Counted from the first letter of the stretch, positions 19,384 through 29,234 are shown. The stretch is DNA of 64,000 nucleotides from Anaerolineales bacterium (GCA_020059485.1 JAGVCA010000016.1:51890-115889); one strand, 5' to 3'. Numbers and translations: made by a program. The notes: a model not told the origin generated them from the sequence alone.

Positions 19384-19408
19384 CTGCCCGGCCGCCGGGC
19401 AGTTTTTT
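19384..19408 (+). terminator. Intrinsic terminator between the mini-ORF and metG (candidate attenuator)
   Basis: CTGCCCGG-ccg-CCGGGCAG followed by T6. The 3'-arm octamer is duplicated at 19339-19346 inside the mini-ORF. Confidence 0.8.
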
Positions 19409-19466
19409 GTTGTCGAAATCCGGCAACCCAACTACAATACACACGCCATTATCGAGGAGCAGAACC

Positions 19467-21260
19467 ATGACTGAATCCAAACCAAAACACATCCTGGTCG
19501 CCGTTGCCTGGCCGTATGCCAGTTCGGAGATCCATGTCGGCAATATCACCGGCTCGTACCTGCCGGCCGATATCTTCGCCCGCTACAACCGCCTGCAAGG
19601 CAACTATGTCCTGATGGTCTCCGGGTCCGACGCGCACGGGACGCCGATCACCGTAAAATCCGACGCCCTCGGCATCACGCCCGAAGAAGTTTACAAACTT
19701 TACCACGCCGGCTTTCTGGAACTGTTCCAGAAGCTCGGGCTGCATTATGACCTGTTCACCTCCACCCACACCGAGAACCACACCACAGTCGCCCAGAGCA
19801 TCTTCCTGGCGCTCAAGGAGGGCGGCTACCTGTACACCGAGACCCAGAACCAGTGGTTCTCAGAGAGCGAAGGCCGCTTCCTGCCAGACCGCTACGTGGA
19901 GGGGACATGCTACATCTGCGGCTACACGCAGGCGCGCGGCGATCAGTGCGACAATTGCGGCACACTGCTGGACGCCAACGAATTGATCGATCCGCGCTCC
20001 AAGAACGACGGCTCCACCCCGCTGCTCCGGGAAACCGAGCATTTTTACCTCGACCTGGCCAAACTGGAACCGGCTGTGGTCGAATTCCTGGAAGCGCGGC
20101 AGGACCGCATCCGTCAGAATGTGCTGCGCCAGTCGCTCGGTCAGATCAAGGCCAACCCGCTGCGCGGCCGGGCCATCACCCGCGACCTGGATTGGGGTAT
20201 CCCCGTCCCGGTGGAAGGCTGGGAGGGCAAGTGCCTGTATGTCTGGTTCGAGGCTGTCATCGGCTACCTCTCTGCGGCGGTCGAGTGGGCCGCGTTGCAT
20301 GATGACACGGAAGCCTGGCACAACTGGTGGTACAACCCGGAGGCTCGGGCATATTACTTCATCGGCAAGGACAACATCCCCTTCCACGCTGTCATGTGGC
20401 CGGCCCAACTGCACGGCGCGGGTGAATGGTTTGGCAAGATCTTAGAAGAGAAGGACAGCACCCAGCTGACCCTGCCCTACGACGTCCCGGCCAACGAGTT
20501 CCTCAACATGCAGGACCAGAAGATCTCCGGCAGCCGCAACTGGGCTGTCTGGGGGCTGGATTTCCTCTCCCGGTACCAGCCGGACGCCTTGCGCTTCTAC
20601 CTGACCATTAACATGCCCGAGACCAAAGATGCAAACTGGGACTGGGACGATTTCGTCACCCGCAACAACTCCCAACTGGTCGCCACCTGGGGCAACCTGG
20701 TCAATCGGGTGCTCTCTTTTGCCCACAAACACTGGGAGGGGCACATCCCCGTCCCCGGCGATCTGACCAAAGCGGATCAAGCCGTCCTCGCAACAGTCGA
20801 AAATGGCTTCGAATCCATCGGCGAACTTCTGGAGGCGGTCAAACTGCGCGCCGCCCTGATCGCCGTGATTGAACTGGCCTCGGAGGTCAACAAATACCTC
20901 GACGAGACCGCCCCCTGGACCGAGGTCAAGACCGACAAAGCCCGCGCCGGGACAATCATCTACACCGCCATGCAGGCTATCGACCACCTCAAGACGATGT
21001 TTGCGCCCTTCCTGCCGTTCTCCAGCGAGGAACTGCACACGTATCTGGGGTACGACCAGCCGCTGTTCGGCGAACAGTACACCCGGCCGGTCAGCGACGC
21101 CCAGGGCGAGCACACCACCCTGCTCTACCGGCCCGGACAGGCTTCCGGCCGCTGGGCACCAGAGAAATTAGAGCCAGGTAAGGCTTTCCGAAAACCGAGC
21201 CCACTCTACCAGAAACTGGAACCGACCGTGGCTGAGGAAGAACGAAACCGGCTCGGTTAA
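19467..21260 (+). CDS. metG: Methionine--tRNA ligase
   Basis: Class I HIGH-type motif (EIHVGN) and KMSKS-type motif (KISGSRN), with a MetRS zinc knuckle CYICG...CDNCG. The start at 19467 has RBS GAGGAG. The track start at 19407 runs through the terminator T-run. Confidence 0.95.
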   Translation: MTESKPKHILVAVAWPYASSEIHVGNITGSYLPADIFARYNRLQGNYVLMVSGSDAHGTPITVKSDALGITPEEVYKLYHAGFLELFQKLGLHYDLFTSTHTENHTTVAQSIFLALKEGGYLYTETQNQWFSESEGRFLPDRYVEGTCYICGYTQARGDQCDNCGTLLDANELIDPRSKNDGSTPLLRETEHFYLDLAKLEPAVVEFLEARQDRIRQNVLRQSLGQIKANPLRGRAITRDLDWGIPVPVEGWEGKCLYVWFEAVIGYLSAAVEWAALHDDTEAWHNWWYNPEARAYYFIGKDNIPFHAVMWPAQLHGAGEWFGKILEEKDSTQLTLPYDVPANEFLNMQDQKISGSRNWAVWGLDFLSRYQPDALRFYLTINMPETKDANWDWDDFVTRNNSQLVATWGNLVNRVLSFAHKHWEGHIPVPGDLTKADQAVLATVENGFESIGELLEAVKLRAALIAVIELASEVNKYLDETAPWTEVKTDKARAGTIIYTAMQAIDHLKTMFAPFLPFSSEELHTYLGYDQPLFGEQYTRPVSDAQGEHTTLLYRPGQASGRWAPEKLEPGKAFRKPSPLYQKLEPTVAEEERNRLG

Positions 21261-21323
21261 CCCGCAAAAAGATCTTAAGGACCGCAAACGCGGTCCTTTT
21301 TTTGATTTTCTATTACAATACCA

Positions 21324-21911
21324 ATGCACCCGTTTGGAGGATTAACGTTGGTACAACCTGAATTTGGATCTGACACGATCGCCCTGCGACCATTTGAGCC
21401 GGGTGATGCGCCAGGCCTGTACGCTTACCTGACCCATCCAGAGCTAGCCGGACGGCGCTACATCCCCTGGAAATTCGAACAAACCCTGCCTTTCCCGCTC
21501 AAAACTGCCGGAGATATCATCGAGGACTGGAACGGGATGGAGAACGGTTTCTGTTTGGCCGTGACGCTCAAGACCGATGGCAGCCTGATCGGGCACGCCC
21601 GTGCCGGCTGGGGCTGGGACGCCCTCATGCCGGAAGTCGCCGTCGTGATCGCCCCTCCGCACCAGCGGAAAGGTTTCGGCCGGCAGGTCCTCAGCTGGCT
21701 GCTCGACTATCTGTTCGATTTCACCGTCGCCCGCAACGTCTCCAACGGCATTGAGGAGTGGAACGCCCCTGCACTCGCGTTCGCCCAACGGCTGGGTTTC
21801 AGTCAGGCCGGCGTACTGCGCCGCGTTGCATACCGGGGCGGCTGGTTTTACGACGAGCATCTCTACGAGATCCTGAAACCCGAATGGAGGGAGCGCAATC
21901 ATGCCGCTTGA
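21324..21911 (+). CDS. GNAT family N-acetyltransferase
   Basis: 195 aa. It has a RimJ/RimL-like layout, with a QRKGFG acetyl-CoA-binding motif. Confidence 0.8.
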   Translation: MHPFGGLTLVQPEFGSDTIALRPFEPGDAPGLYAYLTHPELAGRRYIPWKFEQTLPFPLKTAGDIIEDWNGMENGFCLAVTLKTDGSLIGHARAGWGWDALMPEVAVVIAPPHQRKGFGRQVLSWLLDYLFDFTVARNVSNGIEEWNAPALAFAQRLGFSQAGVLRRVAYRGGWFYDEHLYEILKPEWRERNHAA

Positions 21912-22467
21912 AGGCCAGAAGATCCGTTTGCGAGAGGTGCGTGAGAGCGACCTGCCCCTGCTGCTGGCCCTGCGCAATGACCTTGAGACCCAGGGCTGGA
22001 GCCAGACCCTGCCCACCGATTACACCCTCAACATGGTCCGCAAGCAGTATGAAGAAGAGACCTTTTCCTTCCAGCGCAACCGGGCGCGTTTCGTGATCGA
22101 GACCATCGACTCCGAGGAAGTGGTCGGGAATATGACTTACTACAGCCTGCGCTCCCGCCACGAGGTTACCATCGGGATCGCCATCGCCCGTCAGTTCTGG
22201 TCCGCCGGGCTGGCCTACGACGCCCAGGAGACCCTGCTGCGCTTTCTGTTCGAGGAACTGGGGGTGCGCGTCGTCCGGCTGTGGACGACCGGGTCGAATG
22301 AGAAAGCCATCGCCCTGGCAGAACGTTCCGGTTTCCAGGTTTCTGCCCGTCTGCGAGAGGCAGTCTTCCGCCGCGGTCAGCTGGCCGACAACGTGATGAT
22401 GGATTTGCTGCGCGAGGAATACTACGCCAGCCATCCCGAAATGGAAGACCATCTGCCCCCGCTATGA
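21901..22467 (+). CDS. GNAT family N-acetyltransferase
   Basis: 188 aa, a paralogous layout to the upstream GNAT, overlapping it by 11 nt. Confidence 0.8.
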   Translation: MPLEGQKIRLREVRESDLPLLLALRNDLETQGWSQTLPTDYTLNMVRKQYEEETFSFQRNRARFVIETIDSEEVVGNMTYYSLRSRHEVTIGIAIARQFWSAGLAYDAQETLLRFLFEELGVRVVRLWTTGSNEKAIALAERSGFQVSARLREAVFRRGQLADNVMMDLLREEYYASHPEMEDHLPPL

Positions 22468-22486
22468 ACATCAGGAGACGGCCGGT

Positions 22487-23326
22487 ATGGATACCATGAA
22501 AAAAACATCCCCTCGGATAGGTAAACCGGACAGGTCTATTCCCGCGCCGCTGCGGATTGCCATGATCTACCTCATTATCGGCTTTTTGTGGATCATCATC
22601 TCGGATGTGGTCATCCTCTCGATCGCATCGGATACCATGGGTCTCACCGTGTACCAGACCGCGAAAGGCGTCGTGTACGTGCTGATCACCGCGCTGGTGC
22701 TTTACATGCTCATTTTCAGGGATTACTCGGATATTCAGGCCTCCCGCCAGGCCCTGGAAGAATCCTACGATGCTACCCTGCGCGGGTGGGTCTCGGCGCT
22801 GGATTTGCGCGACCATGAAACTGAAGGCCACACCACGCGAGTCGCTGAGTTAACCCTCAACCTGGCCCATTCGATGGGCATCTCCGAAGAGGATCTGATC
22901 CATATCCGGCGCGGCGCGCTGCTGCATGACATTGGCAAAATGGCCGTCCCGGACAACATCCTGTACAAGCCTGGGAAATTAACCGAAGAAGAATGGCAGG
23001 TCATCCGGCAGCATCCGGTCCATGCCTACCACTTCCTCTCCGGGATCGAACACCTGCAACAGGCGATCGTGATCCCGTACTGCCACCACGAAAAGTGGGA
23101 CGGCAGCGGCTACCCGCGCGGCTTGGCGGGTGAAGAGATCCCGCTGGCGGCTCGCATCTTTGCCGTGGTGGATGTCTGGGATGCCCTAAGTTCAGACCGG
23201 CCCTATCGGCCAGCCTGGCCGCAGGACCAGGTGATTGCCTATTTGCAGGCCGAAAAGGGCAAATACTTTCAGCCCGAGATCGTGGACCAGTTCCTGGCGT
23301 TGCTGGCAGAGGAACCGGATCGCTAG
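22487..23326 (+). CDS. Membrane-anchored HD-GYP domain phosphodiesterase
   Basis: Two N-terminal TM helices. HD motif LLHDIGK and HHEKWDGSGYP. Confidence 0.9.
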   Translation: MDTMKKTSPRIGKPDRSIPAPLRIAMIYLIIGFLWIIISDVVILSIASDTMGLTVYQTAKGVVYVLITALVLYMLIFRDYSDIQASRQALEESYDATLRGWVSALDLRDHETEGHTTRVAELTLNLAHSMGISEEDLIHIRRGALLHDIGKMAVPDNILYKPGKLTEEEWQVIRQHPVHAYHFLSGIEHLQQAIVIPYCHHEKWDGSGYPRGLAGEEIPLAARIFAVVDVWDALSSDRPYRPAWPQDQVIAYLQAEKGKYFQPEIVDQFLALLAEEPDR

Positions 23327-23330
23327 GTCG

Positions 23331-23771
23331 CTAAAATCCCTTTAGCAGGTTTCCCAGTAGCAGCGCCAGGTACGCCAAAACCATCAGCACATAGGCAGAC
23401 AGCGGCAGCCCCAGGTTGCCGTAATTGGACATCAGGGAAAGCACGGCCAGGATCACCGAAAGGACGAAGACCAGCCTGGTGGGGGGAGTCAGCCCGAACC
23501 AGCCGCGACGCGAAAACAGCGCAACGACCGCCAGGAACAGGATCGCGCCGATCAAAGACCACACCAGGTGAAAATCAACCCCGCCGATATTGAGTGTGAA
23601 GATCTCCGGCAGGCCCATGCGCTCTGCGAGCCAGGACCCAAAGACAGCCCCGATAAACCCGATCGCGATCGAGACCAGCACCCCGCCGCTCCTGTATCCG
23701 GTGACCCGCTCTGCGATGATGCCAACGATGGCAGCAATCACCAATAGAAGTAACAGTTCGATAATAGTCAT
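23331..23771 (-). CDS. GlsB/YeaQ/YmgE-family (transglycosylase-associated) membrane protein with extra C-terminal helices
   Basis: The N-terminal 80 aa match the family pattern (IVGIIAERVTG...GFIGAVFGSWL), and there are two further TM helices. Confidence 0.7.
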   Translation of the reverse strand: MTIIELLLLLVIAAIVGIIAERVTGYRSGGVLVSIAIGFIGAVFGSWLAERMGLPEIFTLNIGGVDFHLVWSLIGAILFLAVVALFSRRGWFGLTPPTRLVFVLSVILAVLSLMSNYGNLGLPLSAYVLMVLAYLALLLGNLLKGF

Positions 23772-23830
23772 CTTCTCTCCTTTTTTGAGTCTCAGTGTCT
23801 AATTATAACAACACACTCCGCCCGATAAAG

Positions 23831-24661
23831 TTAGTTCCCCCGAGTCTGCCTGCCTCCAGTCAATTGCATCCTCCCCGCCAAAACCGGTGGGATCTGCGGC
23901 AGGCTGTACCACGATAACGGTCGGGCCGCCTGCTCCTGATCCGGCTCGAAACCCGGTTCTTCCAATGCATCCAACACCAGGCCGGCGGCAAAGGCTGGCG
24001 TCAGCAGTGCGCTCAGTGGCCGGTGGAAGTAGGTATGCGGGTTGGGTTCCTCCCTCGCTCCCATGGCCAGGGCCGGGGGCAGATCCAAGTACGCAGCGAC
24101 CTTAAGGAAATGGGTGGTGACCAGCTGGCCATCAATATCGGCCATCTCGGCCCCAAATACCGGGTTATTGGAATTGAAGGCTGGGTGCGCCGTGGCAAAA
24201 ACAAACCGCCCGCCCGGTTTGAGCACGCGGACAACACCCCGGAACAGCCCTTCCAGTCCAGGGATATCCATCAAAGCCATCGAACAGGTCACGGCAGAAA
24301 AAGCAGCTTCGCCCAGGGCGGCCAGGGCAGCCTCATCGGTCACGTCCACTTGCCGGTACACCACCGGGTTGCCGCGCAGCTGCTCATGCGCTTGGGCGCG
24401 CTCAAGCATCCCCTGACTGTAGTCCACGGCGGTCACATCCGCACCGAGTGCGGCCATGCGGCGGGCCAGGATGCCGGTCCCACAGGCGACATCCAGGACG
24501 CGTTCACCGGGCCGCAGTGACAGCAGCCGTTCCACCACCGGGCTGACCAGTTCACGGTGGAACCGGTTGCCATCGGTTCCCATCAATTGGTCCCAAAATG
24601 CCGCTTTGGTATCCCATTGGGATTGCACATCCTGGCTGGTTTGCTTTTCGTTCGGTTCCAT
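23831..24661 (-). CDS. Class I SAM-dependent methyltransferase
   Basis: Motif I VLDVACGTG. The start at 24661 has RBS AGGAG 5 nt upstream; the ORF extends to 24682. Confidence 0.85.
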   Translation of the reverse strand: MEPNEKQTSQDVQSQWDTKAAFWDQLMGTDGNRFHRELVSPVVERLLSLRPGERVLDVACGTGILARRMAALGADVTAVDYSQGMLERAQAHEQLRGNPVVYRQVDVTDEAALAALGEAAFSAVTCSMALMDIPGLEGLFRGVVRVLKPGGRFVFATAHPAFNSNNPVFGAEMADIDGQLVTTHFLKVAAYLDLPPALAMGAREEPNPHTYFHRPLSALLTPAFAAGLVLDALEEPGFEPDQEQAARPLSWYSLPQIPPVLAGRMQLTGGRQTRGN

Positions 24662-24776
24662 ACCATCTCCTGAGGTTCTCATTCACGACCTCACTATTAT
24701 AAGTCTGCCTCCCGCCGGCTTGCCATCCGTTTTTCGTGCGGTTACAATCAGGTCAGCCCTGCAAGGAGGACTGGAT

Positions 24777-26447
24777 TTGAAATTCCGCCACATCCTGCTC
24801 TGGATCGTTGTGCTCGTCACGCTGGCCGTGCCCCGCTTTGATCGGATCGAACGCCCGGTTACGGTGGACGAACTCACCTGGCTGACCTTTTCCGCCGATT
24901 TCTACTACGGCGCAGTCCAGGGGGAATACGACCGCACTTACCAGGACCACCACCCCGGTGTCACAACCCTGCTGGCCGGGATGGGTGCCTACCTGCTCGA
25001 GTTCCCCGCTTACCGGGCTTATGGGCAGGGCTACATGGAGAACGACACTTTCAAGCTGATCGATTTCCTCGAGTTTCACGGCATTGATATCTACGATATC
25101 CTGATCACCGCCCGCCGGCTAATGGCCGGGGCCAGCATCCTCGGCCTGCTGCTGGCATTTTGGTTCCTGTGGCGGCTGCTTGGTGAGCTGCCGGCCTTCA
25201 CCGTGATGTTGTTCATCGTCCTGGACCCGTTCGTCCTCGGCCAGACCCGGCTGTATTCGCATGAAGGGCTGATGTCCGTCCTGGTGCTGCTGTCATGGGT
25301 TAGTTTCTTCTACTATTTGCGGTCCGATAAACACTGGCTGGCCCTGGCAATTTCCGGGCTGGCAGCCGGTGCGGCCGCCCTGACCAAGATCACCGCCCTG
25401 GCCTTGCTCCCCCTGATCGGGTTGGTCTGGCTGGCCGAGACCCGGCGCGGCTGGAATCAAACCGGCAAAGACCGATCCTGGCAATCATACCTCAAGGCAC
25501 TCAGGCCGCTGCTGATCTGGGGCGTGCTGCTGGTCGGGCTGTTCTGTCTCCTCTGGCCGGCCATGTGGGCTGATCCGCTCGGGCGGATTGCCTACCTGAT
25601 CGATCACACCCGGGGCTTTAGCGGCGCTACCCGTATGCTGATCCCGCTCTCCGTCCGCCTCACCGGGATCACAGATTACCTCGCCAGCATCTGGGCGCAC
25701 GCTACACCGGTCACCTGGCTGGGGGTGGTCCTATTCCTGATTGCAGCCGCGTTCCGAAAGCGGTTTAACCCCGACCGGAGCACCCTCGCGCTGGCGGGTT
25801 GGCCTCATCTCTACAACCTGGTGGTGCTGCTGGTCATCTCACTTGTAGTGACCGCCATCCGAGGGCCGCGCTATATGGCCTCAATCCACCTCTTCCTGGC
25901 CCTGACAGCCGGGATCGGCTTCGCTTTAACGCTGGCGTGGATCCGGCAGTGGTCCTGGACGCAGCGCCGCGCCTGGCTGCCGTCAGTCATCCTCGCCGTC
26001 CTACTGACGACCCAGGCAGCCCTGATCCTGCCCGCCGCGCCGTATTATTACACCTACAACCAACCACTAACCGTCGGACGCTGGTGGGATGTGCACGGCG
26101 CATTCCTCGACCAGGCTGGCGAATATCTCGCCGCGCAGCCGAATGCCGAGGATCTGACTGTGATGACCTTTTCGCCTGGTTCGCTGATGGATTTCTTTCC
26201 CGGTGAGATCCGCCTGGTATTCCCGATTCCCCGCTGGGAGGAGCGCGATGTCCGCCACCTGACTGAGTCCGATTATCTGGTGCTGGATTCCACCATCCGT
26301 TTGATCCGCAACCCGCCGCGCGTGATCGCCGATATTGACCAGGCGAATATCAGCCCCGTTTTCACCGCCGGATTTGATGGGCGCACGCTGGTGTGGGTGT
26401 ACCGTGTATCGGACCTGCCGCCTGAGGCTTTCATCCCCGACCCCTGA
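24777..26447 (+). CDS. Polytopic GT-C-fold (family 39-like) glycosyltransferase
   Basis: TTG start at 24777 preceded by AAGGAGGA. Many TM helices plus a C-terminal soluble domain. The track ORF start at 24456 overlaps the convergent methyltransferase and is rejected. Confidence 0.55.
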   Translation: MKFRHILLWIVVLVTLAVPRFDRIERPVTVDELTWLTFSADFYYGAVQGEYDRTYQDHHPGVTTLLAGMGAYLLEFPAYRAYGQGYMENDTFKLIDFLEFHGIDIYDILITARRLMAGASILGLLLAFWFLWRLLGELPAFTVMLFIVLDPFVLGQTRLYSHEGLMSVLVLLSWVSFFYYLRSDKHWLALAISGLAAGAAALTKITALALLPLIGLVWLAETRRGWNQTGKDRSWQSYLKALRPLLIWGVLLVGLFCLLWPAMWADPLGRIAYLIDHTRGFSGATRMLIPLSVRLTGITDYLASIWAHATPVTWLGVVLFLIAAAFRKRFNPDRSTLALAGWPHLYNLVVLLVISLVVTAIRGPRYMASIHLFLALTAGIGFALTLAWIRQWSWTQRRAWLPSVILAVLLTTQAALILPAAPYYYTYNQPLTVGRWWDVHGAFLDQAGEYLAAQPNAEDLTVMTFSPGSLMDFFPGEIRLVFPIPRWEERDVRHLTESDYLVLDSTIRLIRNPPRVIADIDQANISPVFTAGFDGRTLVWVYRVSDLPPEAFIPDP

Positions 26448-26491
26448 TCTGCTCTCAACCAAAAAGGGCTCAGGCTGTCTCAATCCGTGGA

Positions 26492-27748
26492 TCAGCCGTA
26501 GATAGAATAGCGTTCTTGCGCGTTGGATTTGATCGTGTACAGCGCTTTATCCGCACAGTCGATCAGGGTGGTCGAATCACTGCCATGATCCGGGTAGATA
26601 CTGATCCCGATGCTGACACTGAGCTTGATCTGATTGCCCTCCAGAAGATAAGGCTGCTCGAGGATTGCAGTTACCCGGCGGGCGGATTCCAGCGCGCTGG
26701 CTGTATCTCCGACTTCCTCCAGGACCAGGACAAATTCGTCTCCACCGATCCGGCCAACTGTATCAGATTCACGGATACAGGTTCGCAGCCTTTCCGTAAA
26801 GATGACCAACAATTGATCACCAAAAGAATGGCCAAAGGTGTCATTGACCTGTTTGAACTTGTCCATGTCCATGAACAAGACCGCGAATTTCCGTTGGTAA
26901 CGTTGGCCCAATTGGATAGCCTTATCGATCCGGTCATAAATGTGTAACCGGTTTGGCAGACCGGTCAGCGAATCATGTCTGCTGAGATAATGCAGCGTTT
27001 CTTCCACCTGTTTGCGCGCGCTGATATCCCGCGTGATCGACTGGACATACTGCGGGTTGCCCTCACGGTCCCGCACCAGCGTGATATTGATCTCCACCGG
27101 CACCGCTGTGCCATCCTTTCGACGCAGCAGGCGCTCGTAGATCGGGACCTTCTCACCCGCCAGAACCTTCTCGTGGATATGCTCGGTCCGGTGGACCTCC
27201 TCTTCCGCGCTGAACTCCTGCACCTGCCGGCCGATCATTTCCTCAACACCTACGCCCAGGATCTCTGCCGCCCGCAGGTTGGCATCAATGATCAACCCAT
27301 CCAGATCGAAAAGAGTCACGCCGTCATTGACCTGCTCGAACAGCGCCCGATAACGCGCCTCCCCATCTGCCAGTGCTTTCTTGTCCTCGATCCAGTGCGT
27401 AAAGTCGCGCACGATACTCTGGATATATTCCGGGCTGCCGTTCCGGTCCTGGACGACCGAAACGCTGATCTCTCCGACCACTTTCCGGCCATCTTTTCGG
27501 ATGAAAGTGCGGTGGTAGGTTCCTAACACATCTCCCCGCAGCATGGCCTGGTATTTTTGCTGCGTATCGCCGAATTCATCTGTTTCGATCAAATTGGAAA
27601 TCAGCATCCCGACCAGCTCATCCCGGCGATAGCCCAGGAACTCGGTGCATTTATCGTTGGCCGCAATGATCACAAGATCCAGATCCACAAGAAAGATCGA
27701 GTCGCTGGACCGTTCAAACAAGGCTTGATATCGCAGTTCGGCATCCAT
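26492..27748 (-). CDS. PAS-PAS-GGDEF diguanylate cyclase
   Basis: Two PAS modules. GGDEF active site RIGGDEF with I-site RESD. The start at 27748 (MDAELRYQ) avoids overlapping the upstream gene; the ORF extends to 27961. Confidence 0.88.
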   Translation of the reverse strand: MDAELRYQALFERSSDSIFLVDLDLVIIAANDKCTEFLGYRRDELVGMLISNLIETDEFGDTQQKYQAMLRGDVLGTYHRTFIRKDGRKVVGEISVSVVQDRNGSPEYIQSIVRDFTHWIEDKKALADGEARYRALFEQVNDGVTLFDLDGLIIDANLRAAEILGVGVEEMIGRQVQEFSAEEEVHRTEHIHEKVLAGEKVPIYERLLRRKDGTAVPVEINITLVRDREGNPQYVQSITRDISARKQVEETLHYLSRHDSLTGLPNRLHIYDRIDKAIQLGQRYQRKFAVLFMDMDKFKQVNDTFGHSFGDQLLVIFTERLRTCIRESDTVGRIGGDEFVLVLEEVGDTASALESARRVTAILEQPYLLEGNQIKLSVSIGISIYPDHGSDSTTLIDCADKALYTIKSNAQERYSIYG

Positions 27749-27770
27749 GATGGTAAATCCCTTCTCAAGA

Positions 27771-28751
27771 TTATCCTGCCGGATCTGCTCGGCGCTTGTT
27801 TGATAATAACGCATAAAACGTGATCCATTTGTTCGCTTCACCGCGCGGCCCGGGCTTGAGGATCGCCTGCCCCGGAGCGTAATCCAACCGATACCGGCCC
27901 AGATCAACCTGCCTTTCCTCCAGCACCCGCCAGGCACGCGCCAGCCGGGGATCGTCCCCATACCCCATCGTGCTGAAGGCGTACAGCAATTCGAGCGCAG
28001 TGATCGTCCAGGTGAACGGGAAACAGGTGAAAATAATATTCTTGTCCACCAACGCCTTCGGGTCGCTGGTTTTGAACAACACTTCCCGGTCCAGGAAGTA
28101 CGCCACCAGACCCTGCACCCGGGGATGGTCCCAGGTCTCGGGCATTTCTGCGAAGGCTACCAGCATTTTGCCGCTGCCCCGGATGCAGCTTTTCACCGCG
28201 CGAGTCTTGTATTTGCCCTCGTGCATATCGCACAGGTAGCCATTGTCGGATCGGGTGGTATTCAGCATCAGGTCGAGCGTGCGCTGGAAGCGCGGATCGT
28301 CCCGGTAACCCAGCCGGAGGAAGTTGCGCAGATTATAACCGTTCAGACATGAGATGTGGTTCCAGAAATCGCCATCCGGCTGCTGCAGACTGAGATATCG
28401 GTCCGCCGCCCAAGCCACCTCCGGGTGACTCCGGTCCAGTCCCAGTTCAGCCAGGTATGCCAGAGCGAAATGGGTGGTGGCATATGAACCGTATTCCACC
28501 CCGTCTCCGATCATCTCGCCGGTGGAAGGTTTCTTCTGCAGCCAGTAACCCTCCGGGTGCATCTTCCTGAAAATCTTGCGGACCGGTTCGGAGTCCGGGA
28601 TCTCGGCTTTGGCGGCTGCCGCTTCCGGGTCATCCGCCGGACGGTCGAGCAGTTCCGTCAATGTCCGGTAGCGGACTGAAGGGTTCTCCTCTTCCAGCAG
28701 CCAGTCGATCACCGCAGATCGCTGTCCAGCGATTGTAACGTTTTTCGCCAT
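27771..28751 (-). CDS. Hypothetical protein, possibly alpha/alpha-toroid (prenyltransferase/terpenoid-cyclase-like) repeat fold
   Basis: The ATG at 28751 is preceded by GGGAGGAGG. An alternative GTG at 28781 overlaps the upstream stop (GTGA). The family call is from pattern memory only. Confidence 0.35.
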   Translation of the reverse strand: MAKNVTIAGQRSAVIDWLLEEENPSVRYRTLTELLDRPADDPEAAAAKAEIPDSEPVRKIFRKMHPEGYWLQKKPSTGEMIGDGVEYGSYATTHFALAYLAELGLDRSHPEVAWAADRYLSLQQPDGDFWNHISCLNGYNLRNFLRLGYRDDPRFQRTLDLMLNTTRSDNGYLCDMHEGKYKTRAVKSCIRGSGKMLVAFAEMPETWDHPRVQGLVAYFLDREVLFKTSDPKALVDKNIIFTCFPFTWTITALELLYAFSTMGYGDDPRLARAWRVLEERQVDLGRYRLDYAPGQAILKPGPRGEANKWITFYALLSNKRRADPAG

Positions 28752-28777
28752 CGGTACTGCCTCCTCCCTGCCGGGAA

Positions 28778-29143
28778 TCACTTCCTGGCGAGGTTCTCCT
28801 GCACCCGGAAGGCCACGAACCGCTTCACAAGGTCCAGCGGCAGCGGCTGATTCAGCGGGAACTGCACTGCACCCTTCGATTGCTTATATCCGGTCAGCTC
28901 TGCCCGGAATTCCTCGATCACGGAAGGCGTCGGATAAAAGCCGATATGCTTTTTGTAGCCGGCAAAATGCACCAGGTTGCCGTTTAGCCGGAAGGTCGGC
29001 GTGCCGTAGGCAATCGCTTCCTCCGCCTCCGGTGCAGCTTCCCAGATCGCATCCCGCAACGCCCTGAGCATTTGCTGGACCTCCTCCGGGAACCCGGCAA
29101 TGTAGGCATCCACTTCACCAATTCGCTTCTGATCACTCATCAT
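28778..29143 (-). CDS. DUF1801 (YdhG-like) domain protein
   Basis: 121 aa. It has the pattern VDAYIAGFPEEVQ...YGTPTFRLNGNLVHFAGYKKHIGFYP. Confidence 0.75.
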   Translation of the reverse strand: MMSDQKRIGEVDAYIAGFPEEVQQMLRALRDAIWEAAPEAEEAIAYGTPTFRLNGNLVHFAGYKKHIGFYPTPSVIEEFRAELTGYKQSKGAVQFPLNQPLPLDLVKRFVAFRVQENLARK

Positions 29144-29192
29144 TCCTCCAACATTGTTAATCTCTGAATACTGACTATCGGAATGCCTTGAT

Positions 29193-29234
29193 CCTCGTTC
29201 CTCGTTACTCGTTACCCATTACTCGTTACTCGCC
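29193..29234. repeat. Six tandem heptamers (consensus ACTCGTT, minus strand AACGAGT)
   Basis: The sequence reads cctcgtt cctcgtt actcgtt acccatt actcgtt actcgcc. It lies between the uvrC stop and the next gene. Confidence 0.8.

Noticed and set aside
19407-19466. N-terminal 20 codons of the track's metG ORF.
   Set aside because: This start lies within the T-run of the upstream terminator and has no RBS. The ATG at 19467 has GAGGAG and matches the MetRS N-terminus.
24456-24776. N-terminal 107 codons of the 663-aa ORF.
   Set aside because: They overlap the convergent methyltransferase gene and have Arg/Ser-rich shadow composition. A TTG with AAGGAGGA at 24777 starts the membrane protein proper.
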